Shown one piece after another: positions 1 through 11,200 of a DNA stretch of 59,478 nt (the first letter of the stretch is position 1; every line of letters begins with the position of its first letter). The stretch is from a virus (lineage: Duplodnaviria; Caudoviricetes). Below the pieces are notes generated by a model. That model was not told where the DNA came from and did no database searches. It saw only the letters and a list, made by a program, of their open reading frames with translations. Location: the IMG/VR virus record IMGVR_UViG_3300031857_000194, positions 1 to 59,478 of that record. One strand, given 5' to 3'. A program made the translations under genes and the position numbers.

Positions 1-2677
1 TGTTGAATGCGTCCGATGTGTCAAGTGTCATTGGCACAGCATTTCCAGCGTCATTGGGCTGGCTCACTGTGCTCCAGAACTGTCCGTAGAATGTGCTGCC
101 GCCGGTGGTGCCTGTGAGCGTGGATCCATTGCCATAGTAATAAGGCGCTGTGACATTGCCCGAGAATACAGGTGACTCGCTCACAGCGAATGCAGCAGTG
201 TCAGTGGTGGCGTTGCCGGTGAGCACTATGTTGTTGCCTGCGGCCAAAGTCAAGGTATCTGTGGCAGAATCTGCCACAAGATTGGTGCCGTTGGCCGCCA
301 CAGTGGGGAATCCTGTGGTCACAACACCGGTCAGTTGTGTGCCGTTGCCCAAGAAGTAGGCAGCAGTGACATTGCCCGAAGCAGTGATGTTGCCCACGCT
401 GAGCGTGTTGGTGACATCGTTGTAAGTGAATTCAGCATCGTCGTCGATTTCTTTGCCTGAGCCAACAAAGGTCACTCGGGTGGGTGTGAGGTTCTGCCCT
501 ACCAAGTTGCCACCTGTGACATTGCCAGTGGCCACAATCGTGGCACCTTGTATCAGTGTGCTAGCTGTGATATTGACTGCTGTGACATTACCTGATGTGG
601 TCAGGCCATTGTTGACCACTGTGCCTGACGAAGTAATCAAGTTGCCACCACGGATGTTGCCCGTGGCCACTACCTGTCCTGCAGTGACAAGATTGCCACC
701 GGTGATGTTGCCAGTGGCCTGGATGGTGCTATTGGATGTTACTGACAAGAATGACACAGAGTTGGCGCCGCCCACGGGTTGGCCAATAGAATATGTGACA
801 TTGCCCGTGGCTGATGATACTGTGACACCTGTTCCGGCTATGGCTGCCGTGACACCTTGGTTGGTCACCGTAATGGTGTCGCCTAATTCTACTTCACTGT
901 TGCCAATTATTCCGATTCCAGCGCCTGCTTGAAATGTCCAATGATCTATTGCCAAAAAGTTGTTGGTTATGCTGCCGTTGCTGAGTGCGTTGGTCACATC
1001 ACTGCTGAACAGTGTGACTATTCCAGTACGGCCATTGAAAGTTTGCACTCCAGATCCGCCCACAGGAACGTCTGCCCACACATTTCCTGAAGTATAGAGA
1101 ACGAAATCGCCTACTGCGAATGTGATGTTGCCCGAGCCCAGATCCTGTGTGCCGGCCACGCCCACGATGTATTCGTCGCCAACATTGCCCACACCGTCGG
1201 CCAAGGTAGGTGAGTTGTTGGCTGCATTCCAGATACCCAGGAAGTTGACACCACCTGCTGGCAGATATATGGGATCGATCTTGGTTGAGGCATTGAGTGG
1301 TACCACTCCAAACGCATTGCCTTTTTGTGTGAGTGGTATGGCTGCCGTGGTCTGGCGTGTGCCGTCACGGAACTCGATGCCCACCATGTTGACTTCCATG
1401 TAACCGGTATCGGCGTTTTCACCTACTTGGATGTTTTCTCCAGAGCCGGCTGTGGTCAGTCGCAGACCATCGGTGGTCATCTGCATATTGCCCACTTGCA
1501 TGGCAGTGACACCATCTACATAGAATACACCGTTGTCCACATGGACTTCGGCATCATTGCCCAGCACCGAGTCTTCAAGGAACAAACTATTGGGACCTAC
1601 CCACACATTGGACCACTTGTTGGTGCTGTTGCCCAGTCCAAAAATATTGTTCACTGCTGGGTTAAGATTTGCGTGTATGGTGGTGGTCAGTGGATCAAAC
1701 TCTGCGGTCAATTCAGTTGCAGTATTGCCCGGAGCCGTGGTCCAAATCTGGATTTTTGACCCTTGTTGCAGGGTAGTCTGATTTTCAGTTGCTACAAAAT
1801 CTATGCGTGTGGTGGATATGTCAGGCCAGGTTCCATCTGTGAGATAAGGTGTGGCCGCAACACGGCTGATAATCTGTCCACCAAGCACGCCTGTGGGTGC
1901 CAACGAAGTGCCATTGTATCTACGGCCAATATAAGCCGAATAGTTGGCCGCACCATCGCTGTAGATGCGACTGGGTATGCTGGGCTGTCCAGTGATGTGC
2001 AACATCACACCATAGTTCTGTGGATCTACTATTGATCCATCGGCTGATCCCACGATCTGGAACGATGCTGCCAGGTTGCTGGTATCGGGCACTAGAGCAC
2101 GTATGCGACCATCGCGATCTACTGCAAAATCTGGTTCTGCATTTAGATCGGAGCTGTGTATGTGAAATCCACCCAATACATTGAGATTGGCATTGCCGCC
2201 AACGGTGGCATAGGTTATGTCACGACCAGCCACTGTGCCAGACATGGTCTGATCTGAGATGGTAAAGTTGCCGAGATTGGCCACCCCAGTGACAGAGATG
2301 TTGCTGAATGATGTGTTGCCTGCGAATGGAGTGTTGCCAAAGATCGAAACACCGTTGGCATACAAATAGTTGTTGGTCAATATGTTGCCGGCTGCTAGAT
2401 TGCCTGTTAAGGTGGCCACTGAGCCATTGAAGGTAAAGTCTGCGCTGCCACCAAATGTTCCAGCATTGTTAAACTGCACTTGTGTGTTGGATCCACCGGG
2501 AACTCCATTGCCACCACCGCCTCCGGTGCCAACCAAGATACCACCAGCAGTATTGCCATCGCTGTAGTAAAATCCGTTGCGATCTGGATCCCACCAGATG
2601 CGACCCTGTTGCCCTACATAGGTATTGCCCTGTGCGTTGTTATCTCTACTGGTGAATAAGTTTTGAATGTAGCTCAT
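1..2677 (-). CDS. Tail fibre-like virion protein (partial, runs off left edge)
   Basis: Missing from the ORF track because it has no stop in the window. Manual translation from ATG 2677 gives MSYIQNLFTSRDNNAQGNTYVGQQGRIWWDPD..., then G/N/T-rich repeats (GNITGGNL, GNVTAAYFLGNG) that stay open to base 1. Confidence 0.8.
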   Translation of the reverse strand, partial: MSYIQNLFTSRDNNAQGNTYVGQQGRIWWDPDRNGFYYSDGNTAGGILVGTGGGGGNGVPGGSNTQVQFNNAGTFGGSADFTFNGSVATLTGNLAAGNILTNNYLYANGVSIFGNTPFAGNTSFSNISVTGVANLGNFTISDQTMSGTVAGRDITYATVGGNANLNVLGGFHIHSSDLNAEPDFAVDRDGRIRALVPDTSNLAASFQIVGSADGSIVDPQNYGVMLHITGQPSIPSRIYSDGAANYSAYIGRRYNGTSLAPTGVLGGQIISRVAATPYLTDGTWPDISTTRIDFVATENQTTLQQGSKIQIWTTAPGNTATELTAEFDPLTTTIHANLNPAVNNIFGLGNSTNKWSNVWVGPNSLFLEDSVLGNDAEVHVDNGVFYVDGVTAMQVGNMQMTTDGLRLTTAGSGENIQVGENADTGYMEVNMVGIEFRDGTRQTTAAIPLTQKGNAFGVVPLNASTKIDPIYLPAGGVNFLGIWNAANNSPTLADGVGNVGDEYIVGVAGTQDLGSGNITFAVGDFVLYTSGNVWADVPVGGSGVQTFNGRTGIVTLFSSDVTNALSNGSITNNFLAIDHWTFQAGAGIGIIGNSEVELGDTITVTNQGVTAAIAGTGVTVSSATGNVTYSIGQPVGGANSVSFLSVTSNSTIQATGNITGGNLVTAGQVVATGNIRGGNLITSSGTVVNNGLTTSGNVTAVNITASTLIQGATIVATGNVTGGNLVGQNLTPTRVTFVGSGKEIDDDAEFTYNDVTNTLSVGNITASGNVTAAYFLGNGTQLTGVVTTGFPTVAANGTNLVADSATDTLTLAAGNNIVLTGNATTDTAAFAVSESPVFSGNVTAPYYYGNGSTLTGTTGGSTFYGQFWSTVSQPNDAGNAVPMTLDTSDAFN

Positions 2678-2687
2678 GTGCTACACC

Positions 2688-3089
2688 TTAGTCATCTAAC
2701 GGTTCGTCGTTGCTGAGTTCTTGTATGGCAGCCACGGGAATGCCACTGAGTTTTTTTATACGATCAATGATGTCAGGATTCTGTGTCAAATCGCCTTGTG
2801 CTTCTTCGGCTTGTTCTGCTTCCTCGGGAGTTCCGTCATCATAGACATTTTCCACACCCACGGCTTTTTTCAACAGTTCTTGCTTTTGCTGCAAGGGAGG
2901 CAAAAAGAGATCATCGGGACTTTTTTCATTGCCACTGGCAGTGGTATCAGCAGAGTCGTCATCGCTGACTGCCACTTGTATTTCAGCATTGATCAAGCCA
3001 GCGGGATTTTGTATGCGAGGATCGGGCGATCCGCCTTCGGGGTGATCTAGGTTATTGGCTAATACCCGTAAAATGTCTGCTATTTTCAT
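2688..3089 (-). CDS. Hypothetical acidic phage protein
   Basis: 133-aa ORF with LFLPPLQQKQELLKK motif; TAAATA box at 3108-3113 upstream. Confidence 0.75.
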   Translation of the reverse strand: MKIADILRVLANNLDHPEGGSPDPRIQNPAGLINAEIQVAVSDDDSADTTASGNEKSPDDLFLPPLQQKQELLKKAVGVENVYDDGTPEEAEQAEEAQGDLTQNPDIIDRIKKLSGIPVAAIQELSNDEPLDD

Positions 3090-3118
3090 CTTTGTGCCTT
3101 GTACTTGTATTTATGTGT

Positions 3119-4000
3119 TCAACGGTTCCTGTGTTTGGGCTGCCGTTGATAGGATTTGGGATTCTTGTGTGTGCCCGATCCCCGGGCCACCCGTTGTGCG
3201 GCTCGTGCCACGGGATTGCGCGGTGCAGGGGTGGATTTCTTGGGTGCTTCCAGCACACGATAACTTTTCTTCTCTGACCGATCCAACATCTTCATGGCCG
3301 AGTTGATGTCGTTGTCTAGAGCAGCGATTTCCAGTGCGCGGAAGTTGTCCCGGCCAATGTTGGTGCCGGGCGTGACACGCACAAAGTTGTACAAAGTGTC
3401 AATCCACATTTTGGCAGCACGGCTGTTCCTGCCGCCTAGATTCAGCAAGGGTCTGATGGTCTTGGATATGAGATCTGTTAGTGATGTGGCTTGCACATTG
3501 GGGAAAACTTTTTTCAAGCCATCATAGATCTGATCCCCATCGGTGGCTTCATACACTTCTTCTATGTACTCGTCGATCACACGATGATTGGCAGTGTCTT
3601 CGCTGGTCTGCTCTACACCAAAGTTCTTGTCGAATCTCGCGCCCGGTGAAATGGGATTTTTCATCTGTGTGTAGAAAGGTTCTAGATCTGGACCCACTGA
3701 ATCTTCGGGACCTTCGGTGGGTGTGCCTGTGTAGTTCTGTGTGGGGTAATCTCTAGGTTGGTTGAGTAAATCTCTTAATGGACCTTCTTTGTTGTTGTAT
3801 TCTTCCCAGTCGTAGCTGGTGTCTATGCCCTGCAAGGATTCTTCGCTTACCTGCTGTTCGCGGAACTGAGCATTGGGGCCGGCTAGATTGCCTGCTTGCG
3901 GGTTGCCTGCCACATCCACGGGATCAGGATCCATGAGCTGTACCACATCTCGGGGAAGGCTGTGTCCTGCGCGATATTCAAACAAGTCGTTGATGATCAT
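3119..4000 (-). CDS. Putative internal head (poly)protein with basic C-terminal module
   Basis: MIINDLFE leader; internal VSE/VLE sites; ends in RNPVAR...GTHKNPKSYQRQPKH. Confidence 0.7.
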   Translation of the reverse strand: MIINDLFEYRAGHSLPRDVVQLMDPDPVDVAGNPQAGNLAGPNAQFREQQVSEESLQGIDTSYDWEEYNNKEGPLRDLLNQPRDYPTQNYTGTPTEGPEDSVGPDLEPFYTQMKNPISPGARFDKNFGVEQTSEDTANHRVIDEYIEEVYEATDGDQIYDGLKKVFPNVQATSLTDLISKTIRPLLNLGGRNSRAAKMWIDTLYNFVRVTPGTNIGRDNFRALEIAALDNDINSAMKMLDRSEKKSYRVLEAPKKSTPAPRNPVARAAQRVARGSGTHKNPKSYQRQPKHRNR

Positions 4001-4737
4001 CGCTCTTCCATGTAGTCTTGCGCCACAGGCGTAGCGTTTTGCTCCATCATCTGCTCATGCACTTGTTCGATGGCTCTTTTGGCATCTGCTAGGCTGGCGA
4101 ATCCTGTGCCTATTTCTTTTTCATCTACTTTGACCACAAAGCCATCTGTCATGTTGCCACAGATGTCGGCTGTTTTTTCACCGTTGGGTCCAATTGTCAC
4201 CCTATCCACGGGTTTCAATGAGTCTCCACCGCGATTGCTGTCTTTGTTTTTTAAATCGGTGTCAGTCTTCTTTTCTTTTGACACTGTGTCTAAAAAGTCT
4301 TTGAGATCTCGAGCAGAGCCTTTGACCACTATGTCTTCACCTATGGCTGATTCTGCCATTGAGGATTCCGTTTTCTTACGACCTGCACAGTGTGCCTTTT
4401 GACTGAATCCCCGTGGATTGCTGCAGTTGATGGACTTCTTGTATTTCTCACTCCATTTTTCTGTCACAGGTTCTAGAGTTTTTTTCTTATCTAGTTCTTG
4501 AAATAATGTTTCAACCTGCTGATCTAATTCTGCGGCATGATCCTGTTCTATCTGCGACATCTTTCTGGCCAGAGCGGTATCTTCAGCAGAGTCGCCTACC
4601 AACTTGCTGGGGATTTTGCTGGCAGGATCTGTACCGCGCAGGTATCCTACGAACTTGGGGCCGGCACCTTGATTGAGATCACCCTCGGCGATGCGCTGCA
4701 GTCGGGCGGCTATGTCGTAGATGTCCTGATTGCTCAT
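3997..4737 (-). CDS. Putative internal head polyprotein
   Basis: Modules separated by IAE/VTE/IGE; contains KWSEKYKKSINCSNPRGFSQKAHC; 4-nt overlaps with both neighbours. Confidence 0.7.
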   Translation of the reverse strand: MSNQDIYDIAARLQRIAEGDLNQGAGPKFVGYLRGTDPASKIPSKLVGDSAEDTALARKMSQIEQDHAAELDQQVETLFQELDKKKTLEPVTEKWSEKYKKSINCSNPRGFSQKAHCAGRKKTESSMAESAIGEDIVVKGSARDLKDFLDTVSKEKKTDTDLKNKDSNRGGDSLKPVDRVTIGPNGEKTADICGNMTDGFVVKVDEKEIGTGFASLADAKRAIEQVHEQMMEQNATPVAQDYMEER

Positions 4738-5174
4738 GCACGAGCTTTCTTGAGAAAGCTACGCAGCATCCAATTGTGCTTGCCGTGTGCGTCCTGGCGC
4801 TCGGCCAAGAAGTTTAGTATGCCTTCTTGATTTTCTGCCTTTGCACTGGCTATGGCTGTGCCGATCAAGGCCAAGAGTTTTTCATTGTCAGTTTTTAGTT
4901 CTTCAAACATGAGTTCTGCTCTGGGAATCTTAGTTTGATCTTGGATAACACTTAGTTCTTGATAACGCATGAGTGATCCTGGTGCGTAGACATCCAACAC
5001 ACGGATATATTCGGCTGCGAGATCAGTGGATTCAAAAACTTCTGTGGCTAGTTTATCAAAGAACTTGTGATACTGACTAAAGTCAGGACCTTCAACATTC
5101 CAATGGAAGTTCTTGGCCTTGAGGTAAAAAGCAAAACTACTAGCTAGTAGTTGTTTGAGATCGTCGGCTAACAT
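4734..5174 (-). CDS. dps: Dps family ferritin-like DNA protection protein
   Basis: KAKNFHWNVEGPDFSQYHKFF...AEYIR...HNWMLRS ferroxidase signature; start re-called at ATG 5174. Confidence 0.9.
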   Translation of the reverse strand: MLADDLKQLLASSFAFYLKAKNFHWNVEGPDFSQYHKFFDKLATEVFESTDLAAEYIRVLDVYAPGSLMRYQELSVIQDQTKIPRAELMFEELKTDNEKLLALIGTAIASAKAENQEGILNFLAERQDAHGKHNWMLRSFLKKARA

Positions 5175-5587
5175 TTGGTATCTTTCTTGGATTCTTGCAT
5201 GGGCTGTATGCCCTGTTCGTGCTGGCTCAGTATGTAGTCCCAAACTGACACCAGATTCATTTTTGCTCCGGCGATTTTTTCCTGCACCCATTCTGGCAAG
5301 TTTTCACCGTCGGCTATGGCATCGTGCAGCCCTTTGACTGCTCTCAGCATGGTATGCAAGTTGCTCTTGGCCATGCCTGACTCGTCGTCATACTCGCCAT
5401 CGTAGTTTTCTTTGATGTTGCGTGGGGTCTTCCGGGCTTTTTTGGGTCTGCTGTTGGCATACTCACGTTTTTCGCCGTAGACGCCTTGACCTATGGGGCC
5501 GCGGCGCTGTGTAGCGCCCAGGGGCATGGCAACTGTGGCAATACCGCCTGCAACGGTGGATTCTTGTATGATTTCTTGTAGTCGCAT
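5168..5587 (-). CDS. Putative internal head protein
   Basis: MRLQEIIQE leader; second module after IKE (EYDDESGMAKSNL...LPEWVQEKI). Confidence 0.75.
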   Translation of the reverse strand: MRLQEIIQESTVAGGIATVAMPLGATQRRGPIGQGVYGEKREYANSRPKKARKTPRNIKENYDGEYDDESGMAKSNLHTMLRAVKGLHDAIADGENLPEWVQEKIAGAKMNLVSVWDYILSQHEQGIQPMQESKKDTKC

Positions 5588-5595
5588 GATAAGTG

Positions 5596-5601
5596 TATTT
5601 A
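5596..5601 (-). promoter_or_regulatory. Late-type promoter box TAAATA
   Basis: ATAAATA 8 nt upstream of ATG 5587; resembles the T4 late -10 box TATAAATA and recurs before many genes. Confidence 0.65.
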
Positions 5602-5608
5602 TGGAAAA

Positions 5609-7318
5609 TTAGGCTGTGTAAGTGCTGGAACTAGTGAATGTATGTATAGTATATCCACCAGCAGAAGTTACTGTGCCGCCTGAGCCACGCTGTACTCCAA
5701 GGTATCTAACGATCACAATGCCAGAACCACCTGCACCGCCTGTGCCTGTTCCACTACCAGCACCTCCACCACCACCACCGGTATTTGCTGTTCCATTAGT
5801 TGCGCTATTGGTTAATGATCCAGCACCTCCGCCACCAGAGCCGCCTGTTCCAGCAGTTCCGCTTCCTACGCCGCCTCCACCACCTCCTGCATAGGTAATA
5901 GAAGTTCCAGAAATTGATGACGCAGTTCCGTTTCCACCATTTCCTCCCGTTGTGCTACCCCCATTTGCACCTACTTGCGATGCGCCGCCGCCACCGCCAG
6001 CTCCATATCCCGGAGCGTCATTGGGGGCCGAAGCACCATTTCCACCATTACTACCTTGGCTTGGAGATGTAGGCGGGGTATTTCCAGCGCCACCGGCACC
6101 ACCGGGCCAATGACCACCGCCGCCAGAACCACCAGGGCCACCAGACTGTGGAGAAGGAGAATTGCCTCTCCCAAACCCCCCGCCTGCTGAGGTAATCGTA
6201 GAAAATACTGAGTTTCCACCGTTGGTTCCACTACCAGCCGATGAGCTTGTACCACCTGCTCCAACCGTAACCGTATAAGAGGTTCCCGCAGTTACAGATA
6301 AGCCTGTGCCTGTTCTAAATCCACCGGCTCCACCGCCAGCGCCACGCTCACCTAAACCTGTTCCACCACCTCCACCGCCACCTGCTACCACTAGATATTC
6401 CACTACGTAGTCAGTAGAGGTGCTGTTGTATGTGCCTGATGAAGTAAATGTGTGTATGGTATTGCCACCACTGTAAGTTACATTACCACCTGAGCCGCGC
6501 TGTGCGCCTGGATAGGAGATGATCACTATACCTGATGCACCTGTGCCGCCAACACCATAACTAGAGGCTGAGCCATCCCAGCCACCTCCACCTCCTCCAC
6601 CGCCAGTGTTGACTGTGCCTGCTGAACCAGCACCACCAGAACCAAAACCTCCATTACCGCCGCCACCAGAACCACCTGTCCCCCCAGCAGGTATACCACC
6701 TCCACCACCTCCACCCGCATAAGTCATAGAAGAACCAGAAATAGAAGATGCTGTTCCTGCGCCACCATTGGCACCAAGATTACTAGCCGCAGCACTGCTC
6801 CCTACAGTATCAGCTCCACCTCCGCCACCGCCGGCACCAGTACTTGCAGTGGTTCCAGGTCTTGAACTTCCTCCATTGTTGCCCTGCGATGGGCTAGTCG
6901 GTGGAGTATTGCCTAGACCGCCGGTTACTGCATTTCTTCCTCCAGAACCACCACCTGAACCACCGTTGTTTCCTGCGATTGCTAGAGTTGTATTTCCTCT
7001 GCCTCCACCACCGCCTCCTGATGAAGTAACTGTACTCAGCGTTGAGGCTGAACCATTTGAACCCTGTGCTGGTGCAGTGGTCCAGTCCGAGGGATTTGAT
7101 CCACCTGCTCCCCCGGCACCTACGGTAACAGTATAATTTGTGCTGGTGGCCAGTGATAAACCAGTACCTGTTCTAAATCCCCCAGCACCACCGCCACCGC
7201 CTGAAAATGATCCACCACCGCCACCGCCACCCGCTACCACGAGATAGGAAACATTGTAACTGGCTTCTGGGCTATAAATTCTAGCGCCTCTCAGCGTGGT
7301 ATGTGATATAATGGCCAT
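5609..7318 (-). CDS. Glycine-rich virion/fibre protein with two tandem domains
   Basis: Two copies of V[SE]YLVVAGGGGGG...GSGIVI..Y...TIHTFTSS. Confidence 0.85.
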   Translation of the reverse strand: MAIISHTTLRGARIYSPEASYNVSYLVVAGGGGGGGSFSGGGGGAGGFRTGTGLSLATSTNYTVTVGAGGAGGSNPSDWTTAPAQGSNGSASTLSTVTSSGGGGGGRGNTTLAIAGNNGGSGGGSGGRNAVTGGLGNTPPTSPSQGNNGGSSRPGTTASTGAGGGGGGADTVGSSAAASNLGANGGAGTASSISGSSMTYAGGGGGGGIPAGGTGGSGGGGNGGFGSGGAGSAGTVNTGGGGGGGGWDGSASSYGVGGTGASGIVIISYPGAQRGSGGNVTYSGGNTIHTFTSSGTYNSTSTDYVVEYLVVAGGGGGGGTGLGERGAGGGAGGFRTGTGLSVTAGTSYTVTVGAGGTSSSAGSGTNGGNSVFSTITSAGGGFGRGNSPSPQSGGPGGSGGGGHWPGGAGGAGNTPPTSPSQGSNGGNGASAPNDAPGYGAGGGGGASQVGANGGSTTGGNGGNGTASSISGTSITYAGGGGGGVGSGTAGTGGSGGGGAGSLTNSATNGTANTGGGGGGAGSGTGTGGAGGSGIVIVRYLGVQRGSGGTVTSAGGYTIHTFTSSSTYTA

Positions 7319-7322
7319 GATA

Positions 7323-8231
7323 TCAATTATTAAAAGTTATGCTGCCTGATGAATTAAAAGTATATTGACGATAACCGCCGGCTACAACAATGGTAGGTGA
7401 TCCAGTGGTGGTGGCTGCTGAATAACTGTCGGGATAGCGTATCATGACCAAGCCTGATCCCCCAGCGCCACCGCTGCCTGCACCACTGCCGGTGCCACCT
7501 CCACCTCCACCACCGCCGGTATTGGCAGTGCCTGCTGTGCCGTTGCTGCCCTGCCGGCCTCCGTCGCCTTGTCCACCTGAGCCGCTGCCGAGACAGCCGT
7601 TGTATTCTCCACCTCCACCACCGCCGGCTCTGGGAGTATCGTCCCATCCTACTGTACGATTACCTCCAGGACCGGCCTGTGTGGGACAGGTAGGGGTGGG
7701 AGCATTGGTCACGCCTGCTGTACCTACACCAGCGGAACCTCCGCCACCGCCTGAAGCATAGCCTGTGCCGGGACTGTTGTTGGTACCTGTGCCACCTGCA
7801 TAGCCCTGCACAGGACTGGTGGGAGGCGCATTGCCTGATCCCCCAGCATTGGTAGTGGGAAATGTAGCGCCTTGTGCGCTGGCTCCGCCACCGGAACCTC
7901 CGGGCAAGCCTTCTCTGAATCCAGCACCTGAACTGCCGCCACCGCCACCACCTGTGGATTCTACCAGTGCGCCAAATGTTGTGGGGCTGCCGCTGTTTCT
8001 TGATGTTGTACCGCTGGTGGCTGAACCACCTGCACCCAAAGTAATGGTATAAGCAGTGCCTGTGCTGATAGTAGCATTGCCGGTGCGATATCCACCTGCG
8101 CCTCCGCCACCTCCGCCGTTGTAGCCACCTGCGCCGCCGCCGGCTATGACAATGTACTGTACAGCAAATTGCTGGGATTCATCTTGGCCCACTACCCTGA
8201 CATTGGTTATTTTTGTGTTGATTATTCGCAT
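7323..8231 (-). CDS. Glycine-rich virion/fibre protein (single domain)
   Basis: VQYIVIAGGGAGG...GSGLVMIRYP...YTFNSSG; TAAATA 6 nt upstream (8238-8243). Confidence 0.85.
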   Translation of the reverse strand: MRIINTKITNVRVVGQDESQQFAVQYIVIAGGGAGGYNGGGGGGAGGYRTGNATISTGTAYTITLGAGGSATSGTTSRNSGSPTTFGALVESTGGGGGGSSGAGFREGLPGGSGGGASAQGATFPTTNAGGSGNAPPTSPVQGYAGGTGTNNSPGTGYASGGGGGSAGVGTAGVTNAPTPTCPTQAGPGGNRTVGWDDTPRAGGGGGGEYNGCLGSGSGGQGDGGRQGSNGTAGTANTGGGGGGGGTGSGAGSGGAGGSGLVMIRYPDSYSAATTTGSPTIVVAGGYRQYTFNSSGSITFNN

Positions 8232-8262
8232 AATGTGTATTTAACTGATTTCTGGCCAAGTT

Positions 8263-11200
8263 TTATCTAGCCCTGGCATACTTGAATGGGAATTCTGCGA
8301 AGGCGGCGTATATATAAGTACCACCAGATGCGTTTGTGTCCGTAGTACCGGCCCTTCTTACTTTGAATCCGTTAGAAAGAAAATCTAAACCGTCTGCTAC
8401 TCCCTCGGCTGCTGATGAGTTTGGATATAAAAAACCGTTTACAATATTATATGGAGCAGTTCTTTCTCTATCCATAATCCACCAATCAGAAGTGGAATCG
8501 ATGCGCTTGTATAATACGATGGTTGGCCTAAATCCAAGATACACAAACGGCCCGTCCGCAGAGCCATTGCCCGTGTAACTACCAAAAGCAGAATAGCCCG
8601 CTACTGCGGCGAAGCAGTAGGCTACATAAGTCCGACCGTTTAAGTTCACGTTATCTGCGCCGCTAGGACCAGTTACAAGTTGTAAAGTTGTGCTTGTTTT
8701 TGTTCCTAAATTTCCAAATGAAAAAATAGCTTGTGCATCCGTAGTATTTAACGACAACCCATAATTGTTGCCAGATAAATTTTGGTGCCAATTGTACCAA
8801 CTATTGATGCCGCTTATTGATTTTATGATGGTAAATACAGGTGCAACTCCTAGACCGTGACCAATTGTCGCTCCGTTTGTTCCGTTACCTGTCCAAGTAA
8901 CAACGGAGCACCCGCTGGTCGTGTTCGCGCTGACTGTGCTGGTAATAGAGCCATCTGTGTTTGTGGAACCAGCACCATTAGCTTTCCAACACCATCCAAC
9001 ATAAGTTTGTCCGCTTAGGTTACAGGCCCCAACACCGGCATCTGTACCAAGACTAAATCCATCAGAATTAAAAGCAGTCAACGTATTTGGTTCAGACGCT
9101 TGAGCGACTGTAAGCGAAGAACAAAGTCTGTTTGTTGCTCCCCTAAGAATATCAAATAAAAATGAATTGGTTACTTGAGACCGACCTTTAATCCACACAA
9201 AATCTGGGGCAAACCCAAAACCAGTTATTGACCTATTCGCCCCGGTCCCAGTCCACAGTTCCAAATCCACATAATCACTGGCTTGTGTGGTGCTGGTAGC
9301 GCCAATGGTGGGCGTGGGAAGATTGGTTGACACCAAGCACTTGAATCCTGTGGGTGCTGCATAGGCAAACGCACGCTGGCCGAAGTTGGCGCTAGCAACT
9401 GTGCCTCCAGTGGGGGCGGCTCCATAACCAATTGCAAAAATATATGAGCCTGTGATGGACGAATACGCCACTCCCTGACTAACTCCATTCTTATAAAAAA
9501 CTAATGTGCCAGCATCTAAATCTAATGCAACACCAATAACATCTCCTGTTGCATAAGACGCTCCATACGCAGAAGGTGAAGAATTATTGTATTTGTTTCC
9601 ATTATTTGAAAAATAACCGTAACTGTTTGTGCCGTAATCGGCATTTCCAGGCCAGTTAGTTAGTTTTCCACTAAACGTTGAAGGGATAATTCCAATTAGT
9701 GTTTGGCTGCTTCCTCTTGTAAATTCTGCGTACCATTTACCAGATGAAACTGCTATTGTTGATCCGGCAGAATGCCCGGCAGTGGCCGACCAACTAATAT
9801 CTAAGGCTCCATTGGATAAAGTTGATTCAGAGCCGTTGTTTAACGGATTCAGCGTGGCGTAGTTGCCGCGCACCTCACCACCTGCACCGGTGTCGGTGCC
9901 GTAGTCGGATGGACTGTCTGAGAGATTGTCCTGGCCCGTGCCCGCGGTCACAGATATGTTGGTGGGCGTCCACTGCTGGTTGCTGATATCGTACTGGTTG
10001 TAGGCAAACGCAGCGGCGGGCGGTGTGAACGCGCCCTGATAACGGCCTGCTCCTTTGGTCACTCGCAGGTCTTGTATGTACCCAACGAATGGATATGTGG
10101 TTGGTTGATATGTTCCGTTTCCCCCGATAACGGTTGATGAGTTGCTTGTGAGATTGTAAGAGGTGGTCGATGTCACATCTAACACGCCGTTGACAAATTG
10201 TCGCGTTGTTCCGGAGACTCGAGACACCGCGACGTGGTACCAAGTGTTGGAACTTAATGTGATAACCCCTACGCAGATGTTTGTCGAAGTTGTGCTGAAT
10301 ATAAGTTTGGATGTAAATATTTGCCAGTCGTAGTTTGTGTTGCCGCTTGCTGCGATCCGGTTGGATATTATGATTTGTTGGTTTCCAATCGATGTGCTAT
10401 AAACCCACGCCTCAATAGTGAAATCCTGACTGCCAAACTGGGTGGGTGCATTTGTCGACGGTATGACCAGATAGTCCCCGGTGCCGTCAAAGGCTACGCT
10501 GGAATCACCCCACTTCTTCACAGCTGTGCTGACCTGTGCGTTGCCCACGGTCTCGATCACGTTCTCGCCGGCAGCGTCGTAGATGCCCGAGTTGGTCGCG
10601 TTCAGGAGTAGCGCTGTGTTTGCTATGGCTGTGGGCGGCAGAACGGGTGGCACGAATGACGAGGTGTAGAGCGCGGTGCCCTTTAGTATGCGAACTCCTG
10701 ACACGTACCCGTTTAGGTCATTGACTAGGGTGCTGTACTGCTCCCCGACGCACAGCGGGAGGTTGGCCGGGCTTAGCGACAAACTAAGAGTCCCCGAGTC
10801 AACGAACTCACCGTTGATGTACAACGAGCACGTGGTTCCAGATCGGACCACGGCTATGTGATTCCAAGCACCTACTTGTATTCTGGTCGTGGAGGGGTCT
10901 TGGACCACGACCGCAGCATTAACCCAAAACGTTATAGACGTGCCAGTGCCGCGCCAGTAGAGCTGCCAGCCGCCGTTTACCCCGGAACTCCAACGATCTA
11001 TTATCATTCTGTTCGTGCTCAGCGCTGAGAAGTTGACCCAGCACTCAATGGTGAAGTCCCCTGGCAGGTCAAGCGCCGAGCTTGACGGTATCAGGAGGTT
11101 GTCACCGGTGCCGTCAAGGTACATCGACCCGCCGTAGCTCGCCGCGGACCATGCCTGTGTGGGTATGAAGGGCGAGACGGGAGAGATCGCGGTGTTGCCG

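Noticed and set aside
150-2567. Several plus-strand ORFs in the ORF track
   Set aside because: They lie antisense to the long open minus-strand fibre gene starting at 2677.
5622-8052. Plus-strand poly-proline ORFs (also at 55026-55316 and 58179-59417)
   Set aside because: They are antisense shadows of Gly-rich (GGN) minus-strand genes and have no independent start signals.
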